A stretch of 64,000 nt of DNA, taken from positions 480,001-544,000 of the forward strand of contig OZ241867.1 of assembly GCA_965203175.1 (NCBI GenBank), given 5' to 3'. Source of the DNA: Candidatus Latescibacterota bacterium. Its GTDB lineage: Bacteria > Latescibacterota > UBA2968 > UBA8231. The position numbers were made by a program, and so were the translations under genes. Position 1 is the first letter of the stretch. Each line of letters begins with the position of its first letter. The notes below the pieces were generated by a model, which was not told the DNA's origin, did not search any database, and saw nothing but the letters and a program-made list of their open reading frames with translations. Shown here one piece after another: positions 9,644-21,475 of this stretch.

Positions 9644-12193
9644 TCAGCGCAGCAAAATCATCTTGTGCTGCGCGCGGTAGGAATCGGCTTTGAGCGCGTA
9701 GAAGTAGAGGCCGCTCCGGTAGCCAGCCGCGTCCCACTCCACTTCGTGTCGCCCCGGCAGCATCCGCCTCTCCACCAGCCGCTCGACCTCCTGCCCCAAG
9801 ACATTGTACACCGTTAGTTGTACCAAGCTGGCAACGGGCAAATCAAAGCGGATTTTGGTCGTTGGATTGAACGGATTGGGCGCGTTTGGGTGCAAGGCGT
9901 AGTGCTCGGGACGCGGCTGCACCCCCTTTTGCGCTTCGACGGGCTGGTCAGACCCCAATTCCAGCGTCCCCTCGCCCGCTAGCTCTAGCACGATCAGGTC
10001 GCCTTCGACAGCCGTGCCCCACCATTCGCCGCCGAGAAAGCGAGCCGCGGTCCACTCGTTCCCCCAATGGGGTATCTTTAACTGATAGCCCGCGTCGGGA
10101 CCGCGCACGAAACCTGCATAGTCGTCTCGCTCCATACTCACGTCTATTACTTCGCTGGCGCGGAACACCGTCTCTCCGTCGGCCAAAAGATAGGTCGCGT
10201 CTTGCGCTACAAAGCGAGAGAGTTGCCCATCTACATAGCGGACATAGCCGAAGCGAGCGTCGCTGACCAAGTGCGCATCCGGTCCGGATACAGCGGCCTC
10301 AGACGCATTGCCGCTGCGGAGCCAAGCCAAATCCCGCACCCCGGCCAACGCGACCAAAGCCGCCTCAGCGCCTTGTGCGGATGCGGTCTCAAACGCCGGA
10401 TTGGCCTCCCTAATCGCCCGAGGATACAATAACGCTAGGTACCTCCCATCGACGCCCTCTTGCTGCACCCGCAACACCGCGTGGGTCTGCTCTTGGCGAT
10501 AGTCAAAGGAGTGGAGCGCCTCGCTCTCAAGCGCAACCCGACCGGGCTGATCGGGCAAAAAAGCCAGCAACTCGGCCTTGTCCCGCGTCCAACGCGCCAA
10601 GTTGCCCGCGCGCACATACGCGCCCCCGCTGGTGCCGCCGCCATTGCCGTGCAGCCGCCACTCGTAGGCGTGGCGACGACTCGGATCGTCGATTTCGTCG
10701 GCCACGAGGAAGTAGCTGTGGTCGGCAAAAAAGACCCGCCGCCTCAGCTCGACACCCCGGTAGGCAGCGCGGACTTCCGCGTAGTCGCCAGCGTCACTCG
10801 TGAAGAATTCCTCGATAAAGGCATCATTGCGATCGCCGATGGTTCCCACCACGGGCAAGATCCGGCGCGGCGGCCCCTTGCCATCGACCAGGACCACGTT
10901 GTGGTCTCGGCCTTTGTTGACCTTGTCGTGGTTGTCAAAATTGATGTACCCCGCATCTAGGGCCAGCATTTCGCCGTCGGCGTAGATCACAAAGCTGGTC
11001 CCGTCGGGGTGCTCGTGCGCGAATCCGTGCTCGCGGGCCGTGCCGTTTTCGCCGCGCAAGAGCATGTAGGTAGCCGCAGCCGACCAATCGCTGCGGAAGA
11101 CGGCGTCGCCAGCCCCGGGCATAAAAACCGACGGGCCGTGCGTTGGCTCTTGCGCGGGCACGCTGTCGTCGTACAGGGCAATAGCGTCCATCTCGGAAAA
11201 CTGGCGCACGTACAGGCCGCGCTCGTTGTTTTCCCAGTCCCAGCGATGGACCCCGCCGTTGGCTTGCACGGCCGCTAGGTAATGCCCGTAGAAATCGTCT
11301 AAATGTCCGTCGTCGATGTTGGGCCGCCGGCCATTGGGCAGCCGCAGGTTCAGGGACCACTCGTGCATCTTCTCGATCTTGGGATCGGCAAACAAGTCCA
11401 AGCCGGTGCGGTTCTTGAGCGCGAACAAGTAAGGTAAATAGACATCTGCGGCGTAGCGGCTGTAAAACGGCCCCTCTGCGTACCCCCCGTCCCTTCCTTC
11501 GATCTGGAAGTCGAGGCTGCTGGTGACCATCTCAAAGGCGCGATCAGCCCATTCCTGCGGCGTGCCCTCGCCATTGGCGTACTCGCTCAAGGCCATGGCC
11601 GCCAGCCCGAGGCCGCCGTACGCGCGGATGTGCCAGTTGTCGAGATGCGGAGTCTCGTGCAAGAGAATTCTGACTGGGAACAGCCCAAACCCCACCTTGC
11701 CAATCACAATGCCCTTCCACAGGCGGTCGGCTTCCTCGCCGAGGATTGACCGCATCTCCTGCAGGGCTTGGGGGTCGTTGGCCGCAGCATAGGAATGAAG
11801 GATGTCGTACGCCACGGCGTACTGGGCCACGACCTCGCCCTCGTTGTGCGGCTCCCCCAAATCGCCTCCCCGCGGCGGGAACGCGACCTCTTGCATCACT
11901 TCCAACGCGCGCTCGGCAAACGCGGCATTATCGGTCATCAGCCAGGCGAAGGCGAGGGATTTAGCGTAGCGGACCTCGGCGCGTTCGTCAACAAAGGTCG
12001 CCGGGGCGTTCCGCGCCCGCTGCAACACAATCCGCCACCACGTGGCATACGGTTCGCGCTGGATGCGCTCTTTGAGCAGGGGAATGTCTTCGGCGGAAAA
12101 AAGCAGGCCCGGATGCACTTCAGCAGACAGTGTCTGCGCGGCAGCACCCACAGGCACAAAAGCCAAGGCAGCGCAAAGGGCCAAGACGATCAT
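9644..12193 (-). CDS. Secreted heparinase II/III-like polysaccharide lyase with a T9SS-type C-terminal sorting domain
   Basis: Signal peptide (MIVLALCAALAFVPVGAAA|Q); HPGLLF, NW, DGGYAEGPFY, HEHPDGTSF, ALDAGY, HNVVLVDG; C-terminal LHPNAPNPFNPTTKIRFDLP...SGLYFY...KMILLR. Confidence 0.78.
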   Translation of the reverse strand: MIVLALCAALAFVPVGAAAQTLSAEVHPGLLFSAEDIPLLKERIQREPYATWWRIVLQRARNAPATFVDERAEVRYAKSLAFAWLMTDNAAFAERALEVMQEVAFPPRGGDLGEPHNEGEVVAQYAVAYDILHSYAAANDPQALQEMRSILGEEADRLWKGIVIGKVGFGLFPVRILLHETPHLDNWHIRAYGGLGLAAMALSEYANGEGTPQEWADRAFEMVTSSLDFQIEGRDGGYAEGPFYSRYAADVYLPYLFALKNRTGLDLFADPKIEKMHEWSLNLRLPNGRRPNIDDGHLDDFYGHYLAAVQANGGVHRWDWENNERGLYVRQFSEMDAIALYDDSVPAQEPTHGPSVFMPGAGDAVFRSDWSAAATYMLLRGENGTAREHGFAHEHPDGTSFVIYADGEMLALDAGYINFDNHDKVNKGRDHNVVLVDGKGPPRRILPVVGTIGDRNDAFIEEFFTSDAGDYAEVRAAYRGVELRRRVFFADHSYFLVADEIDDPSRRHAYEWRLHGNGGGTSGGAYVRAGNLARWTRDKAELLAFLPDQPGRVALESEALHSFDYRQEQTHAVLRVQQEGVDGRYLALLYPRAIREANPAFETASAQGAEAALVALAGVRDLAWLRSGNASEAAVSGPDAHLVSDARFGYVRYVDGQLSRFVAQDATYLLADGETVFRASEVIDVSMERDDYAGFVRGPDAGYQLKIPHWGNEWTAARFLGGEWWGTAVEGDLIVLELAGEGTLELGSDQPVEAQKGVQPRPEHYALHPNAPNPFNPTTKIRFDLPVASLVQLTVYNVLGQEVERLVERRMLPGRHEVEWDAAGYRSGLYFYALKADSYRAQHKMILLR

Positions 12194-12200
12194 ACGCCCT

Positions 12201-12818
12201 CTAAAAGACGCGGCGCAAATCAAAGCCCCACAGCAGACCCAAGGTGACGTAGCCCTTGCCGACTAGGACCTTGAAACCGCCGACGGTCCGGCCCGGAGCA
12301 TCGAAAAACAATCCCAGGGTTCCATACGCCGTCGCTGGACTTAGGTGGCGGTAGCCTCCCCCGGCAAACAGCTTGCCCGGTCGGCCGGCGATCCACACCT
12401 CGTCGAGGACAATATAGGCCAAATCCGCACTGAGCGAGCGCAGCCAATCCGTGCCGCCCGAGCAGCGGTAGTCCGCCACGCGGTATCCAGTCCGCGTATC
12501 GAAGCAGTAGGTACGGGTGGGATAGGGCCGGAAGAAACGCGGGTCGTAATCGTCGCCCTCGTGAAAACTCACATCGAACACATTGGCCGAGCAGATGAGG
12601 CGCAAGCGATTGAAGACCGCCCTAAACCCCAAGGGAACGCGCACGCCCGAGCCGCGATGATCCAAGTTGATAAAACCCACGCCTACCGCAGCATAGTACC
12701 CGTCGTGCTTCCGTTTGGGTACCTCTTCGGGCACAGCGTCTTGGATGCGCACAGCCTCGACTCCGCTCGCCAACAGCAAGCCGATCCAGATGAGGTGTAT
12801 GTATGCGCGCGGTATCAC
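12201..12818 (-). CDS. Secreted / outer-membrane hypothetical protein
   Basis: Signal peptide, alternating beta-strand pattern, C-terminal Phe; ends 7 nt before the lyase start. Confidence 0.65.
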   Translation of the reverse strand: MIPRAYIHLIWIGLLLASGVEAVRIQDAVPEEVPKRKHDGYYAAVGVGFINLDHRGSGVRVPLGFRAVFNRLRLICSANVFDVSFHEGDDYDPRFFRPYPTRTYCFDTRTGYRVADYRCSGGTDWLRSLSADLAYIVLDEVWIAGRPGKLFAGGGYRHLSPATAYGTLGLFFDAPGRTVGGFKVLVGKGYVTLGLLWGFDLRRVF

Positions 12819-12897
12819 CCGTTTGTCCTCTACCTATACAACAGATGCTGTTCTCTACAGTATATGAATGGGACGACTGATGTTCAATGTCACGGCA

Positions 12898-13557
12898 TCA
12901 GTGCGGAGGTTGAAAAAGATCTAATTGCAGATTGTACAAATTGCACATTTGTGCTAAGAATCGCGTCTGTCCACCATAGCTAGGGTGCCGTACCTGAAAG
13001 ACTCTGTGCTGATATTCCAAGCATTGTGCTGTTCGTGCCGCATCATTCCCAATCGCAACTAGTCGGCGCGGCTTCAAAAGAAGGATGAGTTGAGAGAGAA
13101 ATTCCTCTCCGGTCCTGCGCTCAAAAGAATTATGAGATCGATTACTGAAAGGATTACCGGGTTCGTGGGGGTGCAATGGGAAAACATTCCACAGGAAGAC
13201 GGGCACCTCGATCTGTGAAAGAACGCTCCAGATAACAGCGGCTGTCCTCTCAGCAACTACGCCACCTTTCGTTGGCTTCTTAATAGCTAGCCCCCACCTT
13301 GCGGCGTATTCGTGAACATGCACATCATCTGTTAAGGCAAGCCCTGTCCGCCTACCGCCGCGATAGCCAAGATCGCGGCCGATCCACATAGAATCAATAT
13401 CCTGTTTTGTTGCAGCCTCAAGTACAGTCAATAATGTTTGTAAACGGCGTTGTGGTGCATCATCTAGGTCGTGAACGACACAGCGATTTGAATAAGGGTT
13501 AAAGGAATTCTCAAATTTCAGCTTACTCAATGCCTCTACAAATCGCACCGGGTCCAT
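12898..13557 (-). CDS. Uracil-DNA glycosylase superfamily protein
   Basis: FNPY, motif A WIGRDLGYRGGRRTGLALTD, ERTA, LWNVFPLHPH...SNR, motif B VRHPSYGG. AT-richer than its flanks. Confidence 0.85.
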   Translation of the reverse strand: MDPVRFVEALSKLKFENSFNPYSNRCVVHDLDDAPQRRLQTLLTVLEAATKQDIDSMWIGRDLGYRGGRRTGLALTDDVHVHEYAARWGLAIKKPTKGGVVAERTAAVIWSVLSQIEVPVFLWNVFPLHPHEPGNPFSNRSHNSFERRTGEEFLSQLILLLKPRRLVAIGNDAARTAQCLEYQHRVFQVRHPSYGGQTRFLAQMCNLYNLQLDLFQPPH

Positions 13558-13563
13558 GCTTTA

Positions 13564-13911
13564 TTATCCATCAATTACAGCCCGATCCTTGGCGCGACGA
13601 CGGATCCTTGAACGGATTTTCTCGCCATTCTGGACCAGTTCTCTCGATAATTCGTAAACCTTCTGAGCATTCATCCAGAACTCTGGAGTCTGGCCGAAGT
13701 ACTCGCCAAGGGCGATCGCCGTCTCAGCCGTCACGCCGCGTCGTTCGTGAACGATTTCATGGAGCCTCGTGGCGGGCAGGTCGATGTCCCGCGCCAATCC
13801 ATTGACGGTCAGCCCCATATCCTCAATCTGCTCTAGAAGAAAAGCACCGGGATGAGTGGCAATCCGATCTGTGGGTACATTCATCACATTACCTCTCTGT
13901 TCCTCATTCAT
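13564..13911 (-). CDS. higA: HigA family antitoxin (Xre HTH)
   Basis: HPGAFLLE...LARDIDLPATRLHEIVHERRGVTAETAIALGEYFGQTPEFWMNAQKVYEL. Confidence 0.93.
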   Translation of the reverse strand: MNEEQRGNVMNVPTDRIATHPGAFLLEQIEDMGLTVNGLARDIDLPATRLHEIVHERRGVTAETAIALGEYFGQTPEFWMNAQKVYELSRELVQNGEKIRSRIRRRAKDRAVIDG

Positions 13912-14188
13912 AGTGGTTACTCAACTCAACCTCGAAGGCGTCCCCATCCTTCCATACGAAGCATATCCGCCAGCCGCGTGAAACGCGGATGCTATACTGG
14001 TCTTGTCGATCCCCCTTGAGCTGTTCGAGCCGATTCCCTGGCGGAATCCGAAGATCGTGAAGGCTAGCAGCAGAGTTGATACGATCCAGCTTCCCTCGCG
14101 CTCGTTGCAGGAGTTGTATGGGAAAGGATCTGTCGCGCACACCGTAGAAAACGTTCGCAGTACGCTTATCAGCAAAAGATACGATCAT
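13904..14188 (-). CDS. higB: HigB family toxin (RelE/ParE superfamily)
   Basis: MIVSFADKRT...DLRIPPGNRLEQLKGDRQDQYSIRV...WRICFVW; toxin-before-antitoxin order with overlap. Confidence 0.93.
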   Translation of the reverse strand: MIVSFADKRTANVFYGVRDRSFPIQLLQRARGKLDRINSAASLHDLRIPPGNRLEQLKGDRQDQYSIRVSRGWRICFVWKDGDAFEVELSNHYE

Positions 14189-14197
14189 GGCACAACA

Positions 14198-14219
14198 TTA
14201 CGAATGACGTAATACGTCA
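14198..14219. promoter_or_regulatory. Putative HigA operator
   Basis: Perfect dyad TGACGTA-A-TACGTCA (14205-14219) overlapping TTACG-N5-CGTAA (14198-14212), just upstream of higB. Confidence 0.7.
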
Positions 14220-14299
14220 AGAGTAAGTCAATTACACCAGAGAGCGCAACGGCTGCGGTTGGCCTTGCCCCCTCTACCTCGCCCCGTATTTTACCCTAC

Positions 14300-15136
14300 A
14301 TGATCCGCAAGGTACAGTCCACTGCCATCGCCTTGCTCCTGGTAACCAATGCCAGTTGCCTAGCCCCATCTGACGACGGCGCTGAACCCGCTGCTCTCCA
14401 GCCGCAACAGCCCGCTGAAATCCCCACGTACTCCTACCGAGTCGCCCACTCCTTCCCTCACGATCCAGACGCCTATACCCAAGGGCTACTCTACGACAAC
14501 GGCTTTCTCTACGAAAGCACCGGCCAGTACGGCCAGTCGTCCCTGCGCAAAGTCGAGCTCGAAACAGGGGCCGTCGTACAGCTCCACCAGCTAGACGACC
14601 GCTTCTTCGCCGAGGGGCTTGCCCTCTTCGGCAATCGCCTCCTCCAGCTAACTTGGCGGGCCAACAAGGGCTTTGCCTATCGTCTCGATTCTTTTGAGCA
14701 GCTAGCGGAATTCGCCTATCCCACCGAGGGCTGGGGGCTGACGTACGACGGCGAATTACTCATTATGAGCGATGGCAGCGCGACTCTGTACTTCCGCGAT
14801 CCGTTCACCTTTGCCGAGGTGGGCCGAATCGCCGTCGTGGCCCAAGGCCGCCCCGTATCTCAACTCAACGAACTGGAATGGATCGCCGGCGAGGTCTTTG
14901 CCAATATCTGGCAGACCGACACCATCGCCCGCATCGACCCAGCGACCGGCCAAGTCGCGGGGTGGATCGACCTAACCGGACTGCTGAACAACGAAGACCG
15001 CCGTGGCTCTAACGCCGAGGTGCTCAATGGCATTGCCTACGACTCCAAGGGCGAGCGGCTCTTCGTCACCGGCAAGTGGTGGCCCAAGCTCTACCAAATC
15101 GAACTCATATCCCCTTCACCGAAAGGAACACCATGA
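14300..15136 (+). CDS. Glutaminyl-peptide cyclotransferase (beta-propeller type), exported
   Basis: PHDPDAYTQGL, ESTGQYG, FFAEGL, QLTW, EGWGLT, LNELEW, NIWQ, VLNGIAYD and VTGKWWP motifs; N-terminal signal. Confidence 0.93.
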   Translation: MIRKVQSTAIALLLVTNASCLAPSDDGAEPAALQPQQPAEIPTYSYRVAHSFPHDPDAYTQGLLYDNGFLYESTGQYGQSSLRKVELETGAVVQLHQLDDRFFAEGLALFGNRLLQLTWRANKGFAYRLDSFEQLAEFAYPTEGWGLTYDGELLIMSDGSATLYFRDPFTFAEVGRIAVVAQGRPVSQLNELEWIAGEVFANIWQTDTIARIDPATGQVAGWIDLTGLLNNEDRRGSNAEVLNGIAYDSKGERLFVTGKWWPKLYQIELISPSPKGTP

Positions 15137-15648
15137 CCCAAGACCGCGTCCCCGTGTGCATCGCCGTGCTCACGGTCTCCGACACCCGCGACGAAGCAAC
15201 CGACAAGTCCGGCAAGCTGCTAGTCGAACGCCTCGAAGCGGCTGGCCACGTTCTGCACGAAAAGCAAATCCTGCCCGACGACATCTATCAGCTCCGCGCC
15301 CAAGTCTCGCAGTGGATCGCCGAGCCCCGCGTCCAAGCCATCGTCACCACCGGCGGCACCGGCCTCACGGGCCGCGACGGCACGCCCGAGGCCGTCAGCG
15401 TACTCTTCGACAAGGAAATCGAGGGCTTTGGCGAGGTCTTCCGCGTGCTCTCCTACGAGGAAATCGGCACTGCGACCTTGCAGTCGCGCTGCGTGGCCGG
15501 CGTCGCCAACAGCACCTACATCTTCTGCCTGCCTGGCTCCTCAGGGGCTTGTGCCACCGGCTGGGACAAGCTCATCGGGCCGCAGCTAGATTCCACCAAC
15601 CAGCCCTGTAACCTCGTCGATCTGATGCCGAGATTGTCCGAAATTTGA
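15133..15648 (+). CDS. moaB: Molybdenum cofactor biosynthesis protein B
   Basis: IAVLTVSDTR...DKSG, TTGGTGLTGRDGTPEA, QSR, LPGSSGAC motifs; ATGA overlap with the upstream stop. Confidence 0.93.
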   Translation: MTQDRVPVCIAVLTVSDTRDEATDKSGKLLVERLEAAGHVLHEKQILPDDIYQLRAQVSQWIAEPRVQAIVTTGGTGLTGRDGTPEAVSVLFDKEIEGFGEVFRVLSYEEIGTATLQSRCVAGVANSTYIFCLPGSSGACATGWDKLIGPQLDSTNQPCNLVDLMPRLSEI

Positions 15649-15680
15649 CGAGAGGTGTTGCGCACCGGCCCCTTGGGTAG

Positions 15681-15707
15681 GAGATACTTCGCTTCGCTAG
15701 TATGACA
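15681..15707. repeat. Degenerate REP-like palindromic element
   Basis: GAGATACTTCGCTTCGCTAGTATGACA between convergent genes; resembles, from memory, the widespread GAGATxCTTCGCTTCGCTCAGxATGACA extragenic repeat. Single copy in this window. Confidence 0.45.
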
Positions 15708-15725
15708 GGTGCTGACGTATCTAGC

Positions 15726-18599
<2,874 letters not shown>

Positions 18600-18617
18600 A
18601 GTGTGTGTCCTCTTGCG

Positions 18618-19556
18618 TTAGTGCAGGCCCCAATCGGACCCGTCGTCGTCGTAGTAATAGGCCGCTTCCTGCATCTCTACGCGGCTCTTTTCGGTGAGGC
18701 GCAGCGGCGCTGACATCTTTTGCAGCAAGCCCTTTTCAACCAGCCATTCGCAGGCGAAGTCCGCGCCTTCCATCTTGAAGTGCTCCTCTATTTCCGACAC
18801 CGTGCGCATAGACTCGGCCTCCTCCAAATACTCGAGTAGAGGGCGAAACAGGTCCCAGATGTGGTCGTCGAGGTAGGTCTCTACGCGCTGGAGGGCCGCC
18901 TTGAGGGTGCGGGCGTTTTTGGGAGCGGCGATGAGATCCGTGTAGATCGCGTTGAAGAACTCGGGATTAAAGGCGAGGGCTTGGTGAATGACCTCGCGGC
19001 CCGGGGCTTGGCCGTTGAGGATGCACTCGACGCTGGCGAGCTGGTCGGCCACGTTGAGCAGCCACAGGAAGCTGTAGTTGTAGTCCTTCTTCACCTGGTA
19101 CCACTTCTGGGCTTTGGCCAAGGTGGCCAACAGCGGCAGGGCGCGCCGCAGCAACTGGTAGTCGCGGTCGCGCGCGCCAATGCGCTCGGCATCTTTGTAC
19201 CACGCGGCAATGGACTCATCCTTGGAGAACAGGAGGGTGCTGTGGGCGAAGGTAAAGTCGAGCCACCCGCCCTGGCGCGAGCCTTCTATGTTCAACTGGA
19301 ACCGCTTGCGCGGAATGAGATTGGCGTGGATGATGACGCCTTCTTCGGTGAGGCAATGGTCTTCGTAGCGCCGCACTTTGGGGTCGTCGGCCATGACGAT
19401 CCACAAGTCGATGTCCGACTTCTCCCAAACTTGATCGTACGAGTATGAGCCATAGACGATGGCGGCCAAAACTGTGCGGTCTTGCTGGAGCTTTTGGGTC
19501 AAGGCGTCGAGCGCCCGGCGATAGCGCTCTTGGACGGCCTGTTGCGACCGAGACAT
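18618..19556 (-). CDS. Pol-beta superfamily nucleotidyltransferase with a helical domain and C-terminal winged helix (YgxA-like architecture)
   Basis: [23 protein letters not shown] (hG[GS]x..DxD motif); C-terminal [10 protein letters not shown]...[11 protein letters not shown] wHTH-like segment. Confidence 0.72.
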   Translation of the reverse strand: MSRSQQAVQERYRRALDALTQKLQQDRTVLAAIVYGSYSYDQVWEKSDIDLWIVMADDPKVRRYEDHCLTEEGVIIHANLIPRKRFQLNIEGSRQGGWLDFTFAHSTLLFSKDESIAAWYKDAERIGARDRDYQLLRRALPLLATLAKAQKWYQVKKDYNYSFLWLLNVADQLASVECILNGQAPGREVIHQALAFNPEFFNAIYTDLIAAPKNARTLKAALQRVETYLDDHIWDLFRPLLEYLEEAESMRTVSEIEEHFKMEGADFACEWLVEKGLLQKMSAPLRLTEKSRVEMQEAAYYYDDDGSDWGLH

Positions 19557-19824
19557 GGCAATTCCTGACGAGGAGACCTAACGTACGAGCGGCCCAAAAT
19601 ATACTGAACATACGTGTAGTTGTCAAGCTGCCGCAGGGTCTAACTGTGTGGCGTTTTCCGAAGGCGTCCGGCTCGGCGGCGCTAGCCCCTGTTGCGCCGC
19701 CGCCAAGCATCAACGAAGCGCATCGCATTTCTTTGCACGGGTTGGCCCTGTATCCTATCTTGTCGGCTCTAGGTCTCATACTTCCCGGCACTCTATCCGT
19801 TGGCCGGGATGTGGAGTAAGACCC

Positions 19825-21390
19825 ATGCTAAAGGTGAAACCCGAAGCGGGACAGACGTCCAAGCGCAAACTGCCCATCGGCATTCAGACCTTTCGCCAAA
19901 TTCGCGAAGAACCCTACTACTACGTCGATAAGACCGCCTACATAAGGCGGTTGGTCGCCGAAGGCAAGCACTACTTCCTGTCGCGCCCACGCCGCTTTGG
20001 CAAGAGCCTGTTTCTCGATACGCTCAAGGAACTATTCGAAGGCAACGAGCCTCTTTTTAAGGGGCTGGCCATTCACGACCAATGGGATTGGTCGGTGCGC
20101 CATCCCGTGCTGCGGCTGAGCTTTGGCAGCGGCAACTTTAAAGAGCCGGGCAACCTGCACAAGGAGACGATGGCCCAACTGGGCACCATAGAGAAAGTTG
20201 ACGGCTGCGACACCGCACCGGCTTACTTCCGGCATTTGCTTAGGACGCTGCATCAACGGACTGGCCAGCCGGTGGCGGTGCTAATTGACGAGTACGACAA
20301 GCCCATTCTCGACGCGCTGGAGGTGCCAGAAATCGCCCGGGCCAACCGCGATTATTTGCGCGGCTTGTACGCGACCATTAAGGATAGCGACGCGCACATC
20401 GCGTTTACCTTCCTCACCGGGGTAAGCAAATTCTCTAAAGTCAGCTTGTTTTCCGGCCTCAACAACCTCATCGACATCACCTTGGACCCGCACTACTCGG
20501 CCATCTGCGGCTATACCGAGAGGGACTTGGATGCGGTGTTCGCCCCAGAACTGTCCGGCTTGGACCGAGAGGAAATACGCACATGGTACAACGGCTACAA
20601 CTGGCTCGGCGAGGAAGCTGTGTACAACCCCTTCGATGTGTTGCTGCTGTTCTACAACCGTCGGTTCGGTGCCTACTGGTTTGAGACAGGTACACCGACG
20701 TTTCTGCTCGAGACGTTGGTGGAGCGCGAGATCAGTTCTTTGGCCTTGGACGACATGCTCGGCAGCGACGCGTTGCTGTCGGAGTTTGACGTGGATCACA
20801 TTGCAACCGAGGCCCTGCTGTTTCAGACCGGCTACCTGACCATTCGCCGCAGTGAGCTGCACGGCGGGCGGATGTACTATCGGCTGGGCTACCCCAACCG
20901 GGAAGTGCAGCAAAGCCTGAACGAGAGCCTGCTGAACCACTTGACGAGCAACCCGTCGCGCCAAGTCGAGCACAACGCCCGGCTGTACGACCTGCTGCTG
21001 GTCAACGACTTCGACGGCCTAAAAACGCTGTTCGAGGCGTTCTTTGCCAGCATCCCCTACCAGTGGCACACCAACAACGAGGTTGCTAACTACGAGGGCT
21101 ACTACGCCAGCGTGTTCTACTCGTACTTCGCGTCGCTGGGACTGACGATCACTGTGGAAGACAGCAGCCAAGCGGGTCGCCTCGACATGGCAGTCCTGTT
21201 CAATGGAAATGTGTACCTGTTCGAGTTCAAGGTAGTGGAACAGGTGTCGTCGGGGGCGGCGATCAGGCAGTTGAAGGAGCGGGACTACGCGGCTAAGTAT
21301 CGCGACCGCGGCGAACCGATTCACCTGATTGGAGTGGAATTCAGCCGAGAGACTCGCACCTTAGCGGCTTTCGAGGTCGAGAGTATGTGA
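19825..21390 (+). CDS. AAA-ATPase-like protein with a C-terminal PD-(D/E)XK nuclease (DUF1703 type)
   Basis: LPIGIQTF, YYVDKT, SRPRRFGKS, LIDEYDKP, WYNGY, YNPF, GYPNREV; C-terminal GRLDM...FEFK...Q....Y. Confidence 0.9.
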   Translation: MLKVKPEAGQTSKRKLPIGIQTFRQIREEPYYYVDKTAYIRRLVAEGKHYFLSRPRRFGKSLFLDTLKELFEGNEPLFKGLAIHDQWDWSVRHPVLRLSFGSGNFKEPGNLHKETMAQLGTIEKVDGCDTAPAYFRHLLRTLHQRTGQPVAVLIDEYDKPILDALEVPEIARANRDYLRGLYATIKDSDAHIAFTFLTGVSKFSKVSLFSGLNNLIDITLDPHYSAICGYTERDLDAVFAPELSGLDREEIRTWYNGYNWLGEEAVYNPFDVLLLFYNRRFGAYWFETGTPTFLLETLVEREISSLALDDMLGSDALLSEFDVDHIATEALLFQTGYLTIRRSELHGGRMYYRLGYPNREVQQSLNESLLNHLTSNPSRQVEHNARLYDLLLVNDFDGLKTLFEAFFASIPYQWHTNNEVANYEGYYASVFYSYFASLGLTITVEDSSQAGRLDMAVLFNGNVYLFEFKVVEQVSSGAAIRQLKERDYAAKYRDRGEPIHLIGVEFSRETRTLAAFEVESM

Positions 21391-21475
21391 GTGTCGCCGG
21401 ACATATCTCGGTTCCCGACTCGGCGACGACAGCCCCTGTTGCGCTGCCGCCGCTAAGCCCTTATCGTAGCCAACC

